Shown here: in pieces, positions 37,702 to 47,393 of the stretch
How the letters are laid out: every line of letters begins with the position of its first letter
How positions within the stretch are numbered: the stretch's first letter is position 1
Origin: Candidatus Moranbacteria bacterium GW2011_GWC2_40_12
GTDB lineage: Bacteria > Patescibacteriota > Minisyncoccia > Moranbacterales > UBA11712
Reading direction: 5' to 3'
Assembly (NCBI GenBank): GCA_000995965.1
Contig: LBYD01000001.1
Coordinates: 76,923-140,922 of the forward strand
Length of the DNA: 64,000 nucleotides
Translations under genes and position numbers: made by a program
The notes under the pieces: model-generated
The model's database searches: none
Told to the model about the DNA's origin: nothing
The model's input: the letters and a program-made list of their open reading frames with translations, nothing else

Positions 37702-39360
37702 TTAAAACGAATCAGAACGGATGTTTCTTGTGCTTACAATTATTGCCAGTCCAAACCAAAATATTCCCATAAAAAGTCCCGCGTTAAATAAATTCGGGAC
37801 GATCAAAGAAGTGATTCCTAAAACCGTGAAGACACTCATCGCTTTTTCGAAATCATCTTTCACTACTGGACAGCCGAAAAACCGGTTCATCGGACAAATC
37901 GGCGAGATGCGCCGGAAAGCATAAATAAAAAGGTAGCCAAAAACAGCTATAAACGCCATCAATCCCAAAATCCCGCTTCCCGCCCAAATCTGAAGAAAAA
38001 CGTTGCTTTCGTTGAGGCCGGCTCCCCGCTGGTCAACGCCTATTTTTTCGGTAATCGTTCCGTATCCTATGCCCAAGAGCGGCGATTTTTTGAGGATATT
38101 CCATGACTCTCGATAAATTTCGCTTCGAGTTCTCACGTTCGGGTCTTTTCGGAAAGTTTCGGCGACAATTTTTCCCCGCAATTTATAGAAATTTATTTCT
38201 TCCAGATTGATATGCCGGCAATTATATTTTGGAAGTTCGCCAATATCTTCAATTGAATCGGGAATATCCGCGCTGTTTTCGCAAGCAATCGTGATTTTCT
38301 GCTCGCTGGTGGCGGTTGAGCGCGCCCGGTCAAAAATATCGAATTTTGAAAGTTTGCCGAAATGAACCGCCAATAAGGATGCAATTATAATCGAAAATAT
38401 TATCGCCGATTCCCTCAAGAATCCTTTCCAGCCGCCGACATATTTGCTGACGGCGCCTGTCTTGCGCGACGGCGCTAGCGCGAGAAAATAAAAAGTTATG
38501 ACAACGGCCGCTCCGATCCAAGCTGAACGCGAAAGGGTCAATATGAGCAGCGTTATATCGAAAAAAATAAAAACATCCAAAAACAAAACAATGTATTGTC
38601 TCGAAATAAGCAGCATCCTCTTTGACCGGAGGAAATAAAATATCAACGCGAGAAAAACCGCCAGCGCGAAAACAAGATATATTCCCAGCCAGTCTGGTTC
38701 GGCAAATGTGGAATTTGGCCGTCCGAACATTATCTCGAAAGATTTCGCGCCCAATTTGTCGGAAAAAACCTGATAAAATCCGAATAATATTGTCGTCAGG
38801 AATGAGATCATCAAAAAAGCGGATGTTTTCGCGAGGTCTTCGCAGTTTCTCAAGAAATTGCGGACCAAAAAATATAAAGCGATAAAAGAAATCAAAATAA
38901 GATTATTTTTGAGGGAAATAGATTTGTTCGAAGCGCCTATCAGCGCCAAAAAACTGAGAGGAACCAATGTCAAAATCAGCCAATCGATCCAGTTTGGCTT
39001 CAAGAATTTGAAACCTATCCGTTTGGAGATAAAAAGGATTATCATTGCCAAAATCAATATTCCTGCCAAAAATTGATATGGCCGCAGTTGAAACGGAATA
39101 TAGTTTCCGGTCAGGATCACATTTTCAAGAGAAATGCTGCCCACGAAAAGAAAAAATATCCAGCGGGGGCGGTAGAGCGCGATTAGGAGAGCCACCAGAG
39201 ACAAAAAAACAAAGTCCCCTTTTCCGAGCGGCAATTTGTTTCCTGCCGAAAGGGCTGCGGCAACCAGGCTCAAGACAAAACCAAAAACCCAAACCCAGGC
39301 GAGTTCTCTTTTGAATATATTTTTTAAAATTTTTACTGTATTTTTCGTGTTAACCATCAT
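37702..39360 (-). CDS. O-antigen ligase/polymerase-like (Wzy_C family) polytopic membrane protein
   Basis: More than 10 helices. LTLSRSAWIGAAVV is the characteristic Wzy_C/WaaL loop motif. A large extracytoplasmic insert is present. Confidence 0.7.
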   Translation of the reverse strand: MMVNTKNTVKILKNIFKRELAWVWVFGFVLSLVAAALSAGNKLPLGKGDFVFLSLVALLIALYRPRWIFFLFVGSISLENVILTGNYIPFQLRPYQFLAGILILAMIILFISKRIGFKFLKPNWIDWLILTLVPLSFLALIGASNKSISLKNNLILISFIALYFLVRNFLRNCEDLAKTSAFLMISFLTTILFGFYQVFSDKLGAKSFEIMFGRPNSTFAEPDWLGIYLVFALAVFLALIFYFLRSKRMLLISRQYIVLFLDVFIFFDITLLILTLSRSAWIGAAVVITFYFLALAPSRKTGAVSKYVGGWKGFLRESAIIFSIIIASLLAVHFGKLSKFDIFDRARSTATSEQKITIACENSADIPDSIEDIGELPKYNCRHINLEEINFYKLRGKIVAETFRKDPNVRTRSEIYRESWNILKKSPLLGIGYGTITEKIGVDQRGAGLNESNVFLQIWAGSGILGLMAFIAVFGYLFIYAFRRISPICPMNRFFGCPVVKDDFEKAMSVFTVLGITSLIVPNLFNAGLFMGIFWFGLAIIVSTRNIRSDSF

Positions 39361-39673
39361 TTTTTGAAATTCTCATTTCTAATCCTTCCATATTCTTCAG
39401 AAATGATTTCTCCAAGTCAATACCATAATTATTAGCTAGAACAAGAATACTCCACAAACAATCAGCTAACTCGTGTTCTAATTTTTCGTTTATATTTTTA
39501 ATATCTCGAATCCCCTCTTTAGCCATAACTAATTTCATGAGATCGCCAATGTCGCCCACGAATCCTTGGGCTATCTGGGCATTTGTCCATTTCTTGCCGT
39601 ATTTTTTCATTTCTAATTCTCCGTATTTTTCTCGAACTTCGACAGCTTTTTGAATAAGATCATTAAGTTCCAT
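39350..39673 (-). CDS. MazG-like nucleotide pyrophosphohydrolase (single domain)
   Basis: …GDIGDLMKLVMAKEG… and EHELADCLWSILVLANNYGIDLEKSF match the MazG/YpjD pattern. Confidence 0.75.
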   Translation of the reverse strand: MELNDLIQKAVEVREKYGELEMKKYGKKWTNAQIAQGFVGDIGDLMKLVMAKEGIRDIKNINEKLEHELADCLWSILVLANNYGIDLEKSFLKNMEGLEMRISKNDG

Positions 39674-39684
39674 AAATTTCTAAA

Positions 39685-40845
39685 TCATTTCAAAATTATA
39701 TTCATAAATTTTTTCCAGCTGAATTTTTTGGACCGCTTTTTTCCTTTTTCCGAAAGATGGTGCTTGAGTTTGGGATTTTGGAGGATTTTTCCCATCACCC
39801 GGGCCATCTCTTCTTCGTCATACGGATTGAAATAGAGAACGGCGTCGCCTCCCACTTCCGGAAGTGATGACGTTTTGGAAACGGCTGCCGGTGTGCCCGA
39901 AGCCATCGCTTCAAGCGCCATAAGGCCGAAGCCTTCATAAAGGGACGGCAGGACGAACAATTCGCTTTGGCGATACAGCGCCGGCAGATCTTTTTGCTCG
40001 CAAAAACCGGTCAATACCGCGTCATTTTCAAGCCCCAGATCCTCGATTTCTTTTTTGACGTTTGTGAAAAGGGGGCTGTATTTTGATTTATCTTCTCCTC
40101 CCAGCACCATTTTCACGTCGTTTATTTCATATCTTTCTGTCAGCCTTTTATATGCTTTCAAAAGTCCGGAAACATTTTTCCGAAAATCAAATCCGCCGAC
40201 ATAGAAAATATAGCGGCCGAAAATTCCGTATTTTTCAAGAATTTTGTTGTCTTCGTCATGGTTTCCAGTCTGGAAAAATTCTTCATTGACGCTTGGGTGT
40301 GCTACTTTTATCTTTTTCTCCGGAACTTCAAGATATTTGTGAATATCTTTCTTCGACCACTCAGAAACAGTAAGTACTTCATCGGCGTGCCGAATAGATT
40401 GGTTTGAAAGATAAAAATATAATTTCTTGCGCCAGTTGTTGAGATATTCCGGGAAGACTTTCAAAATGAGATCGTGAACCAGCATTTTGTGGCGGATATT
40501 TTTCGAGAAATTCGTTGGGCATTGATAAAGCGAAATGAAGACATCACATCCGTCTTTTTTGGCCTTCCGAGGCAGAAGAAATTTTTCCCACCATATTTTT
40601 CGGAACAGATCGTCACGCCGCCAAAGCATCGGCAGAAAAACCCGCTTATGGAAATTTTTTGGAAGCTTCAAATCAATATCCTTTTCGAGATACAAAAAAT
40701 ACTCGTTTTTTTTCGAGCGGGATTTCAAAAGTTCTTGGATAAATCCATCGGTCACTTGACCAATACCGGTATCAATTTTTCTCAAAAATGAGGCGTTTAT
40801 CCCAATTTTCATACCATAATTATCATACGACAAATATGGCATCAA
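39685..40845 (-). CDS. GT4 glycosyltransferase
   Basis: PSLYEGFGLMALEAMASGTPAA and group-1 GT architecture. Confidence 0.82.
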   Translation of the reverse strand: MMPYLSYDNYGMKIGINASFLRKIDTGIGQVTDGFIQELLKSRSKKNEYFLYLEKDIDLKLPKNFHKRVFLPMLWRRDDLFRKIWWEKFLLPRKAKKDGCDVFISLYQCPTNFSKNIRHKMLVHDLILKVFPEYLNNWRKKLYFYLSNQSIRHADEVLTVSEWSKKDIHKYLEVPEKKIKVAHPSVNEEFFQTGNHDEDNKILEKYGIFGRYIFYVGGFDFRKNVSGLLKAYKRLTERYEINDVKMVLGGEDKSKYSPLFTNVKKEIEDLGLENDAVLTGFCEQKDLPALYRQSELFVLPSLYEGFGLMALEAMASGTPAAVSKTSSLPEVGGDAVLYFNPYDEEEMARVMGKILQNPKLKHHLSEKGKKRSKKFSWKKFMNIILK

Positions 40846-40905
40846 GGCAAACTAAAAGCTCGATTTTTTCGGCCGGCTGTGGTATAGTGATTTTGTGGTT
40901 TTTTT

Positions 40906-42018
40906 ATGAAAATACTCTTTATTTCCCGGGCCTATCCCCCAATTCTAGGCGGGATAGAAAACCAGAATTTTGGAATCGGCAAAGCGCTTTCCGAAATTGC
41001 GACAACCAGGACAATTGCCAATAAATCAGGCAAAAAGAACCTGCCGTTTTTTTTGCCTTGGGTGGCTTTGAAAGTCCTTTTCATTCTTCCGGGGCACGAG
41101 GTTGTTCTTCTCGGAGACGGAGTTCTTTCGCCGCTGGCAGTTTTTTGGAAAATGTTTCACCGAAAAAAAAAATATATTTCGATTGTGCACGGGCTTGATA
41201 TCACTTTTGCGCACAAAAAATCGATTCTCGGAAGAATATACAGGGCGGTCAATATCCCCGCGCTCAAGAAACTCGATAGGCTAATCATGGTCGGCCAGGA
41301 AACGATTGCTGAAGCGCAGAAATTGGGAATCCCAGAGGAAAAATGCAAGTTTATTCCGAATGGATTCGATGCGGATGAAATAATCGCAAAAAAAACCAAA
41401 GAAGATTTGGAGAGATTGCTTGGGATGAATCTCAGCGGGAAAAAAGTAATATTTCGCGGCGGAAGATTCACGAAACATAAAGGCGTGGAATGGTTTATCC
41501 GGAATGTAATGCCGAAATTGCCGGAAAATTGTCTTTTTGTCGCAGCGGGCGGCGGAATCGCGAAAAAAACCGCGGGCGATGAAAATTATTTTCCAAAATG
41601 CGAAAAAGCCGTTCAGGATCTGGGACTGGAAAATCGGGTGAAACTGATGCTTAATCTGCCAAGGCCGCAAATAAAAATTCTTTTTAACGCGTGCGATTTG
41701 TATATTTCCCCGAATATAAAAGTCCCGGGATCTCTCGAAGGCTTTGGCATTACCGCCATTGAAGCGGCTGCTTGCGGAAGAGTCGTATTGGCGGCTGATC
41801 TTGAGGGACTCAAAGACGCCATAAAAAATGAGCAAAACGGATTTCTTCTCGAATCCGGGAAGGCCGATATGTGGGCGGATAAAATAAAAGATATTCTAGC
41901 AGATGATGATTTTCGCAATGATTTTGGGAAAAAAGCCAGCCAATTCACGATTGAAAATTATAGCTGGAACAAAATTGCTAAAAAATATCTGGAGGTTATT
42001 GAAAATACTTTTTCCTAA
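40906..42018 (+). CDS. GT4 glycosyltransferase
   Basis: MKILFISRAYPPILGGIENQ and GSLEGFGITAIEAAACGRVVL. Confidence 0.8.
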   Translation: MKILFISRAYPPILGGIENQNFGIGKALSEIATTRTIANKSGKKNLPFFLPWVALKVLFILPGHEVVLLGDGVLSPLAVFWKMFHRKKKYISIVHGLDITFAHKKSILGRIYRAVNIPALKKLDRLIMVGQETIAEAQKLGIPEEKCKFIPNGFDADEIIAKKTKEDLERLLGMNLSGKKVIFRGGRFTKHKGVEWFIRNVMPKLPENCLFVAAGGGIAKKTAGDENYFPKCEKAVQDLGLENRVKLMLNLPRPQIKILFNACDLYISPNIKVPGSLEGFGITAIEAAACGRVVLAADLEGLKDAIKNEQNGFLLESGKADMWADKIKDILADDDFRNDFGKKASQFTIENYSWNKIAKKYLEVIENTFS

Positions 42019-42044
42019 TCTTCGAGATTAGGAATCGCCAACGT

Positions 42045-43928
42045 ATGATTTTAGACTTGACAAAACTTGTTCTGACTTTGCCGTTTGTCTTCGTTCTGCC
42101 CGGCTTTTTCCTTTTGCTGGCGATTTTTGGCTGGAAGTCAGCCTCTGGCGGATCAAAAATTTCCTTCTTCGAAAAAGCCGCTTTGGCAGTCCCAATGAGC
42201 GTGATCGCGGTTGATTTTCTGGTTCTGGCGCTCAACAGGCTGCGTATTTTTTTGAACGGGCCGGTGCTGATTGGGGCTATCATTGCTTTTTCGCTTCTTT
42301 GTTATATTGTTTTCCAATGGCGATTCGGGAAAAAAGCAAAAGCAAAGGATAAAAAGGAAGAAGATGCGGCCCAGAATTTTTTTGATTTTTCTTATTGGCA
42401 AGCCATATTCATCCTTCTTTCTCTTTTTTTGGCAATATTCATGCGGACGACTTATCTCTCCGACACGATTGTTCCGTCGTCGACTGACCTTGGCCATCAT
42501 ATGTTTTGGGTCCAGAAAATTGTTGACGCGGGAAGCCTTCCCGACTACGGGATGCCCGACTTTATTATTGGTGAGCATATTATTTTCGCGGTGATAAATC
42601 TCTTGAGCGGCGCGAGCCCGATGGGAGCCATGCCCGCCATTGTTCTTCTGCTTTTGAACATCATTGGAATTTTCACTTTGTCAATATTGGCCGGAAGAGT
42701 TTTTCGAAACCCGAAAACGGCGGCGATGATTTTCTTTGTCACGGGCGTTCTCTACGCAATCAATGCTCCCCAAGGGAAATACGTGAGCGGCGGCGTGGTT
42801 GGGAACATTATCGGCAATATGCTGATTCCGGTTGCTTTGTATTTTTTATATCGGGCGCTTTCCGAGAAAGATTCCGTCTTTGCCGGACTATTTCTTTTTT
42901 CGGCGGCCGGGCTTCTTTTCACCCATCATTTGTCCGCTTTTATCCTGATTTATTCGGTTGCCGCGATTGTTTTGGCATATCTCGCGCTCAATTTCACCAA
43001 ATCTTTCAAAATTGTTGGCGGCTGGTTCAGGATATTCCTGAAACCTTTTCCCATAGCGGTTTTTCTGCTGGTTATTTTTTATTTCCTGTTTGTTTTTACC
43101 CCTTCTTATTTCAACCCGGAGGCAGTTGCTCAAGCAACCGGCGAGCCGACAAAAATCACGAGATTCGGTCTCGGACTCGACCAATTGGAAACCAACGCTG
43201 GAAGCGCAAGGCTGATTCTCGGGACATTTGGCTTCGCACTTTTTTTTCTGGCGGCCAGGAGAAAAGAATACAAATTTAGCTTCGCTCTGTCTTGGGCCAT
43301 TGTGTTGCTTCTTATGAGCTGGAAGCCGGGGTGGCTTTATGTAAATATTCCGAGCGACCGGATCGGAAACTATCTTTTCCTTCCTTTCTCCCTGCTTGCG
43401 GCTTTTGGCATAGTCGAGCTGATGAAGCTCTTCAGAAAATCATCGACAAATTTTTTCTCAACCGCCTTGCTCTTTATTTTGCTGTTTTTCGCAATTACTG
43501 ACGGGCTCTCAGACAGCGCTGAGGCTTTCAAGTCGCGGCCTCAATTTCAGGAAGCGATGCAGACTTTTCATTCGGCCGACTATCTCGCCGAAAAATTAGA
43601 TTCTTCGCAGGATATATTGCTCAAGGATCATGTGAACATATACGGCGATTCGTGGTATAAATTATTCTTTATGAAAGATTATAAATACCCCTTGAGCCGC
43701 GGGAATTTGTCACGCTATGCTGATCCAACGAAGCCTAGGGAAACCTGTACGCGGGATATGATTTCCGAACCAGACTCCCTGGAAGGCCAGGCTTGTTTTT
43801 CCGAAACCGGAGTGAACTATGTCGCCCTCAACGCCCAGCTTGAAGGAAACAGTTTTGAAAAATATCCGGATTTTTCGAAAATATACAGTTCAAATTATTT
43901 ATCTATATTCAAAAGAAATATTCAATGA
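42045..43928 (+). CDS. Large polytopic membrane protein (GT-C-like candidate)
   Basis: 627 aa with about 13 hydrophobic helices. It has a loop STDLGHHMFWVQKIVDAGSLPDYG and a soluble C-terminal ~130 aa. Confidence 0.5.
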   Translation: MILDLTKLVLTLPFVFVLPGFFLLLAIFGWKSASGGSKISFFEKAALAVPMSVIAVDFLVLALNRLRIFLNGPVLIGAIIAFSLLCYIVFQWRFGKKAKAKDKKEEDAAQNFFDFSYWQAIFILLSLFLAIFMRTTYLSDTIVPSSTDLGHHMFWVQKIVDAGSLPDYGMPDFIIGEHIIFAVINLLSGASPMGAMPAIVLLLLNIIGIFTLSILAGRVFRNPKTAAMIFFVTGVLYAINAPQGKYVSGGVVGNIIGNMLIPVALYFLYRALSEKDSVFAGLFLFSAAGLLFTHHLSAFILIYSVAAIVLAYLALNFTKSFKIVGGWFRIFLKPFPIAVFLLVIFYFLFVFTPSYFNPEAVAQATGEPTKITRFGLGLDQLETNAGSARLILGTFGFALFFLAARRKEYKFSFALSWAIVLLLMSWKPGWLYVNIPSDRIGNYLFLPFSLLAAFGIVELMKLFRKSSTNFFSTALLFILLFFAITDGLSDSAEAFKSRPQFQEAMQTFHSADYLAEKLDSSQDILLKDHVNIYGDSWYKLFFMKDYKYPLSRGNLSRYADPTKPRETCTRDMISEPDSLEGQACFSETGVNYVALNAQLEGNSFEKYPDFSKIYSSNYLSIFKRNIQ

Positions 43929-43944
43929 GCGAAGCGAATACCAA

Positions 43945-43978
43945 ATTTTTGATTTTTGATTTTTGATTTTTGATTTTT
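43945..43978 (+). repeat. Heptanucleotide tandem repeat (GATTTTT) x4 plus a partial copy
   Basis: aTTTTT GATTTTT GATTTTT GATTTTT GATTTTT gc was read directly, between stop 43928 and ATG 43991. Confidence 0.92.
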
Positions 43979-43990
43979 GCATTTATTATA

Positions 43991-44353
43991 ATGTCCAGCA
44001 AAATAATCATCATCGCCACAATTATATTTCTCATCGTCAGTTTCTCGGTGCTTTTTGTCATCGAAACGAAAAATCACGACTATGATTACAAAAAATCGTG
44101 GAGCGTGGTTTATTTCGAAAATCCGCGGGATAATTCGCTTGATTTCACGATTGAAAACCACGAAGGCGAAAAATCAGAATATAACTATGAAATATCGATT
44201 GACGAAAAAAAAATATCCGACAACAAAATTGAAATTGAAAAGGGCGCCGTGCAGAAAATCTATCCGATTATAGATTTAGAAAAATCCGCTAGAGTCACAA
44301 TCGAAGTAACCGCGGATGATTTGAAGTATAGGATATATAAGAATATTCAATGA
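43991..44353 (+). CDS. Small single-pass membrane protein with an extracytoplasmic beta-rich domain
   Basis: MSSKIIIIATIIFLIVSFSVLFVI anchor. ATGA overlap with the downstream GT4 gene. ATG 43991 is preferred over TTG 43970, which lies inside the repeat. Confidence 0.55.
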   Translation: MSSKIIIIATIIFLIVSFSVLFVIETKNHDYDYKKSWSVVYFENPRDNSLDFTIENHEGEKSEYNYEISIDEKKISDNKIEIEKGAVQKIYPIIDLEKSARVTIEVTADDLKYRIYKNIQ

Positions 44354-45486
44354 AACGAATTCTACTCCTCACCCGCCCGATTTGCCCGCCGTGGGACGAG
44401 GGCTCCAAAGATTTTGCCTACACTCTGGCGAAGCACGCCCGTGATTTTGAAGTGCACCTTTTGACTTTTGGGAAAGTAGCGGATCTTCCAGAAAGTGTGG
44501 TCCAACATTCGATTTATACGTCACCGAAGTGGGATTTTGGGCAAAAAGTGCGGGCGTACCTGTTTCTTGTCAGGGAATTTCTGATCAAGGGCGGAAAGGA
44601 CTATGATATTCTCCATTCTTTTTTCACGCCGACAAAACTGAATGTTTTCGCGCTGAAACTATGCCTTCGGAATAAAAAATTGAAAACCATCCAGACTCTG
44701 GCCACGCTTCGAGACGATATTTATAGCGACGAGCAAATAAAGAAAATTATCCACGCCGATCTTATCATCGCCTACTCCGACTACGCCAAAGAAAAGCTGG
44801 AAAAAATGGGATTCGGAAATGTGAAGCGAATCTATCCGGGAATTGACATCAATTTATTTTCCCCCGCTCCGAAAAATCCGGAACTGATGAAAAAATATGA
44901 GACAAGTGAAAGCGATTTTGTGATAAACTACACGGGAGAATACTTGCGGCTCGGGGATATGGACGACATCGCTCCCGTTTTTTCAGAGTTGTCGAAAGAA
45001 AACAAAAATTTCAAACTGCATCTGGCTGTCCGGGTGAAGAATCAGGCTGACGCGGAAAAAAAGGAAGAGGTGAAAAAAGAATTCAAAAAAGAAGGCGTGC
45101 TGGACAGGGTGGCTTTTCTGGATGACGGCGGATACACGATGGAGCAAATATATAATCTCTGCGACATTTCAATTTTTCCCGCCCGGACGATGGCCGGAAA
45201 ATTTGACATTCCTCTGGTTGTTCCGGAGGCGATGGCATGCGGGAAACCGGTGATCACCAGCAATATCCCAAGGCTCCGATATTTTTTGAATGATGAAAAC
45301 AGCCTTTTGATTGAACCGGGCGACCGAAGAGCGCTCAAAGACAATATCTTGTACCTTCATTCAAGTCCTGAAGCGCGCCGCGAGCTGGGCGACAAGGGAA
45401 TGGAATTTGCAAGGGAAAATTTTGACATAAAAAAAATAGTGAAAGAATACGAAGAAGTTTATGAAAATGTAATTAGTAATTCGTAA
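44350..45486 (+). CDS. GT4-type glycosyltransferase
   Basis: C-terminal half …FDIPLVVPEAMACGKPVITSN…. The last five codons (VISNS*) are supplied by the dispersed motif. Confidence 0.75.
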   Translation: MKRILLLTRPICPPWDEGSKDFAYTLAKHARDFEVHLLTFGKVADLPESVVQHSIYTSPKWDFGQKVRAYLFLVREFLIKGGKDYDILHSFFTPTKLNVFALKLCLRNKKLKTIQTLATLRDDIYSDEQIKKIIHADLIIAYSDYAKEKLEKMGFGNVKRIYPGIDINLFSPAPKNPELMKKYETSESDFVINYTGEYLRLGDMDDIAPVFSELSKENKNFKLHLAVRVKNQADAEKKEEVKKEFKKEGVLDRVAFLDDGGYTMEQIYNLCDISIFPARTMAGKFDIPLVVPEAMACGKPVITSNIPRLRYFLNDENSLLIEPGDRRALKDNILYLHSSPEARRELGDKGMEFARENFDIKKIVKEYEEVYENVISNS

Positions 45487-45490
45487 TTTG
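45469..45490 (+). repeat. Dispersed motif copy GTAATTAGTAATTCGTAATTTG
   Basis: The 17-mer AATTAGTAATTCGTAAT at 45471-45487 is identical to 53357-53373. Confidence 0.9.
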
Positions 45491-45544
45491 AAATGCGGAT
45501 ATTTGCGTTGTCTTGGTCACAGACTTATAATTGTTAATTGCTTT

Positions 45545-46996
45545 ATGCAGGGTATCGAATCGCTATCAAAACACAAGAAAAAATTCCAGACGGACAAAAT
45601 GAAGGTCCCGGCGATTTTGCATTGTTCAGACGACCTTTTGCCAAATGAAAAAACTTTGCGGCAGCTTGAGAATACAGCTTCTCAAGAATATGTTTTTCAC
45701 CATGTCGCGGCCCTTTCCGACGTGCACGATAAAAAAGGACGCAAAAATCCGACCGGGACAGTCGTAGCCAGCGAAAAATACCTTTTACCGCAAATCAACG
45801 ATACGGCGCCCAATTGCGGTATGAGGCTTCTGAAAACCAATCTTACAGACTCGGATCTTTCGCCCGAAAATATTGATAAGTTGTTTAATGGCTTAATAAA
45901 AACAATCCCGACAAAGGCGTATGTCGGTACTCCAGTTCCCTATTCCCTTGTGGTCGACATTTGCCGAAACGGGCTTAGGTCAGTCACAAAATATTTCAAA
46001 ACACGAACAAAAAATGAAATTGAAAATACGTTCAAAAACGGAAATTTTTTCGACCAGGAAATAAGCAAAAAAGAAATAACCGACGCGATTCCGGAGCTAT
46101 TTTTGTGGATTGGGAAATTTCGTCTTGGAATTTTGGGAGCGGCGGGAAACCATTTTTTGGATCTCATGAAAATAACAGACATTATCGATAGTGACGTGGC
46201 GAGAAGATTCGGGCTTCAAAATGGACAATATATTTTCATGATGCACACGGGTTCGGGTCTTCTCGGGCAATATGCCTCATATCTCTATACTCCCAAAAAA
46301 AAGGAACATCTGAGCCAGCGAATTATTCTTGAACTTGGAAAATTATTTTGGCGTTCGGAGAAGAAAAAAATATATCGCGAGATTGCGAAAAAAATCTCTG
46401 CTTACAAAAATAAGGATGAATTTTTCGCCTATGATGCGGAAACTCCCGAAGGAAAAATGTTTTTGACGGCGCATCAAGCGGCGGGAAATCAGGGATTTGC
46501 AAATCGCAGCATTCTTACCCACAATCTTGACCAAACCATTGAAAAAGTTTTGGGGAAAAATCCAGAATTCGAACTCCTTTATGATTCCCCTCATATTTTT
46601 ATAAACCGGGAAAATCATTTTGGAAAAGATGTCAGGGTCCATCGCAACGGTGCTGTTCGGGCAATCGCCGGTGAGCCCGTTTTCATCCCTTCCTCAATGA
46701 GTACGCCGATGTATCTTGGCGTCGGCACAAACGAGAACGAATCAACTTTTTTTTCCGCGGGTCACGGCACCGGACGGCGCAAGAATCCCGAAAACGACAA
46801 GGCTGGCACAAAAGAAGAATTGTTTGCGAAAATGCAGAAGAGAAAAGTGAAATTGTATAACGCAAAATCAAAAGGTGTGGTTTTCCAGGACGCAAGTTAT
46901 TATAAGGATGTTGAGGAAGTGATCGCCGGCATGGAAGAAAACAAAATCGTGAAAAAAGTGGCGAAGATGGAGCCGGTGGCGGTGTTGATGTATTGA
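45545..46996 (+). CDS. rtcB: RtcB-family RNA ligase (divergent)
   Basis: Metal/GMP-site motifs occur in order: SDVHDKKG, PNCGMRLL, AAGNHFLDL, MHTGSGLLG and SAGHGTGRR. The N-terminus KFQTDKMKVPAIL resembles archaeal RtcB. Start uncertain (45488 TTG or 45545 ATG). Confidence 0.78.
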   Translation: MQGIESLSKHKKKFQTDKMKVPAILHCSDDLLPNEKTLRQLENTASQEYVFHHVAALSDVHDKKGRKNPTGTVVASEKYLLPQINDTAPNCGMRLLKTNLTDSDLSPENIDKLFNGLIKTIPTKAYVGTPVPYSLVVDICRNGLRSVTKYFKTRTKNEIENTFKNGNFFDQEISKKEITDAIPELFLWIGKFRLGILGAAGNHFLDLMKITDIIDSDVARRFGLQNGQYIFMMHTGSGLLGQYASYLYTPKKKEHLSQRIILELGKLFWRSEKKKIYREIAKKISAYKNKDEFFAYDAETPEGKMFLTAHQAAGNQGFANRSILTHNLDQTIEKVLGKNPEFELLYDSPHIFINRENHFGKDVRVHRNGAVRAIAGEPVFIPSSMSTPMYLGVGTNENESTFFSAGHGTGRRKNPENDKAGTKEELFAKMQKRKVKLYNAKSKGVVFQDASYYKDVEEVIAGMEENKIVKKVAKMEPVAVLMY

Positions 46997-47023
46997 AAAA
47001 TGTCTTGTATCCGGTTTTAGTAT

Positions 47024-47070
47024 TTTTAAAAAAAGAGCCATGCAGACGGATTTATGCGCGTGGCATGGCT
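47024..47070 (-). terminator. Terminator of the small minus-strand gene
   Basis: Stem AGCCATGC (47036-47043) / GCATGGCT (47063-47070). A T-run follows on the minus strand. Confidence 0.55.
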
Positions 47071-47088
47071 TCTAGGCGAAAGATGACA

Positions 47089-47322
47089 TTAAAATAATTG
47101 TGTCTGTTTGTGGGCTGCACGCGTCAGACTCTTGTGCAGATCCGGATGATATTCAAGCCTTCGGGCTAATTTAGCCGCTGCTTTCAGCTTGCAGATGCTT
47201 GGATGGTCGACGGCTTCCTTGATTTGCCTGAGAATGGCAAGTCTTGCCATATTATCCTCATGTTGTATGGCACCCTCGATAAACCGATTGATATTCTCAC
47301 TCAGACATTCAACAATTTTCAC
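47089..47322 (-). CDS. Small hypothetical helical protein (77 aa), GTG start
   Basis: An AGGAGGG Shine-Dalgarno sequence lies 7 nt upstream of GTG 47322. A terminator hairpin lies downstream. Confidence 0.55.
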   Translation of the reverse strand: MKIVECLSENINRFIEGAIQHEDNMARLAILRQIKEAVDHPSICKLKAAAKLARRLEYHPDLHKSLTRAAHKQTQLF

Positions 47323-47393
47323 TTGATGTCCCTCCTGAATTATTTGATGTTATCTTTGATTAACAAGAATAAAATAATTTATTTTATTTGTCA

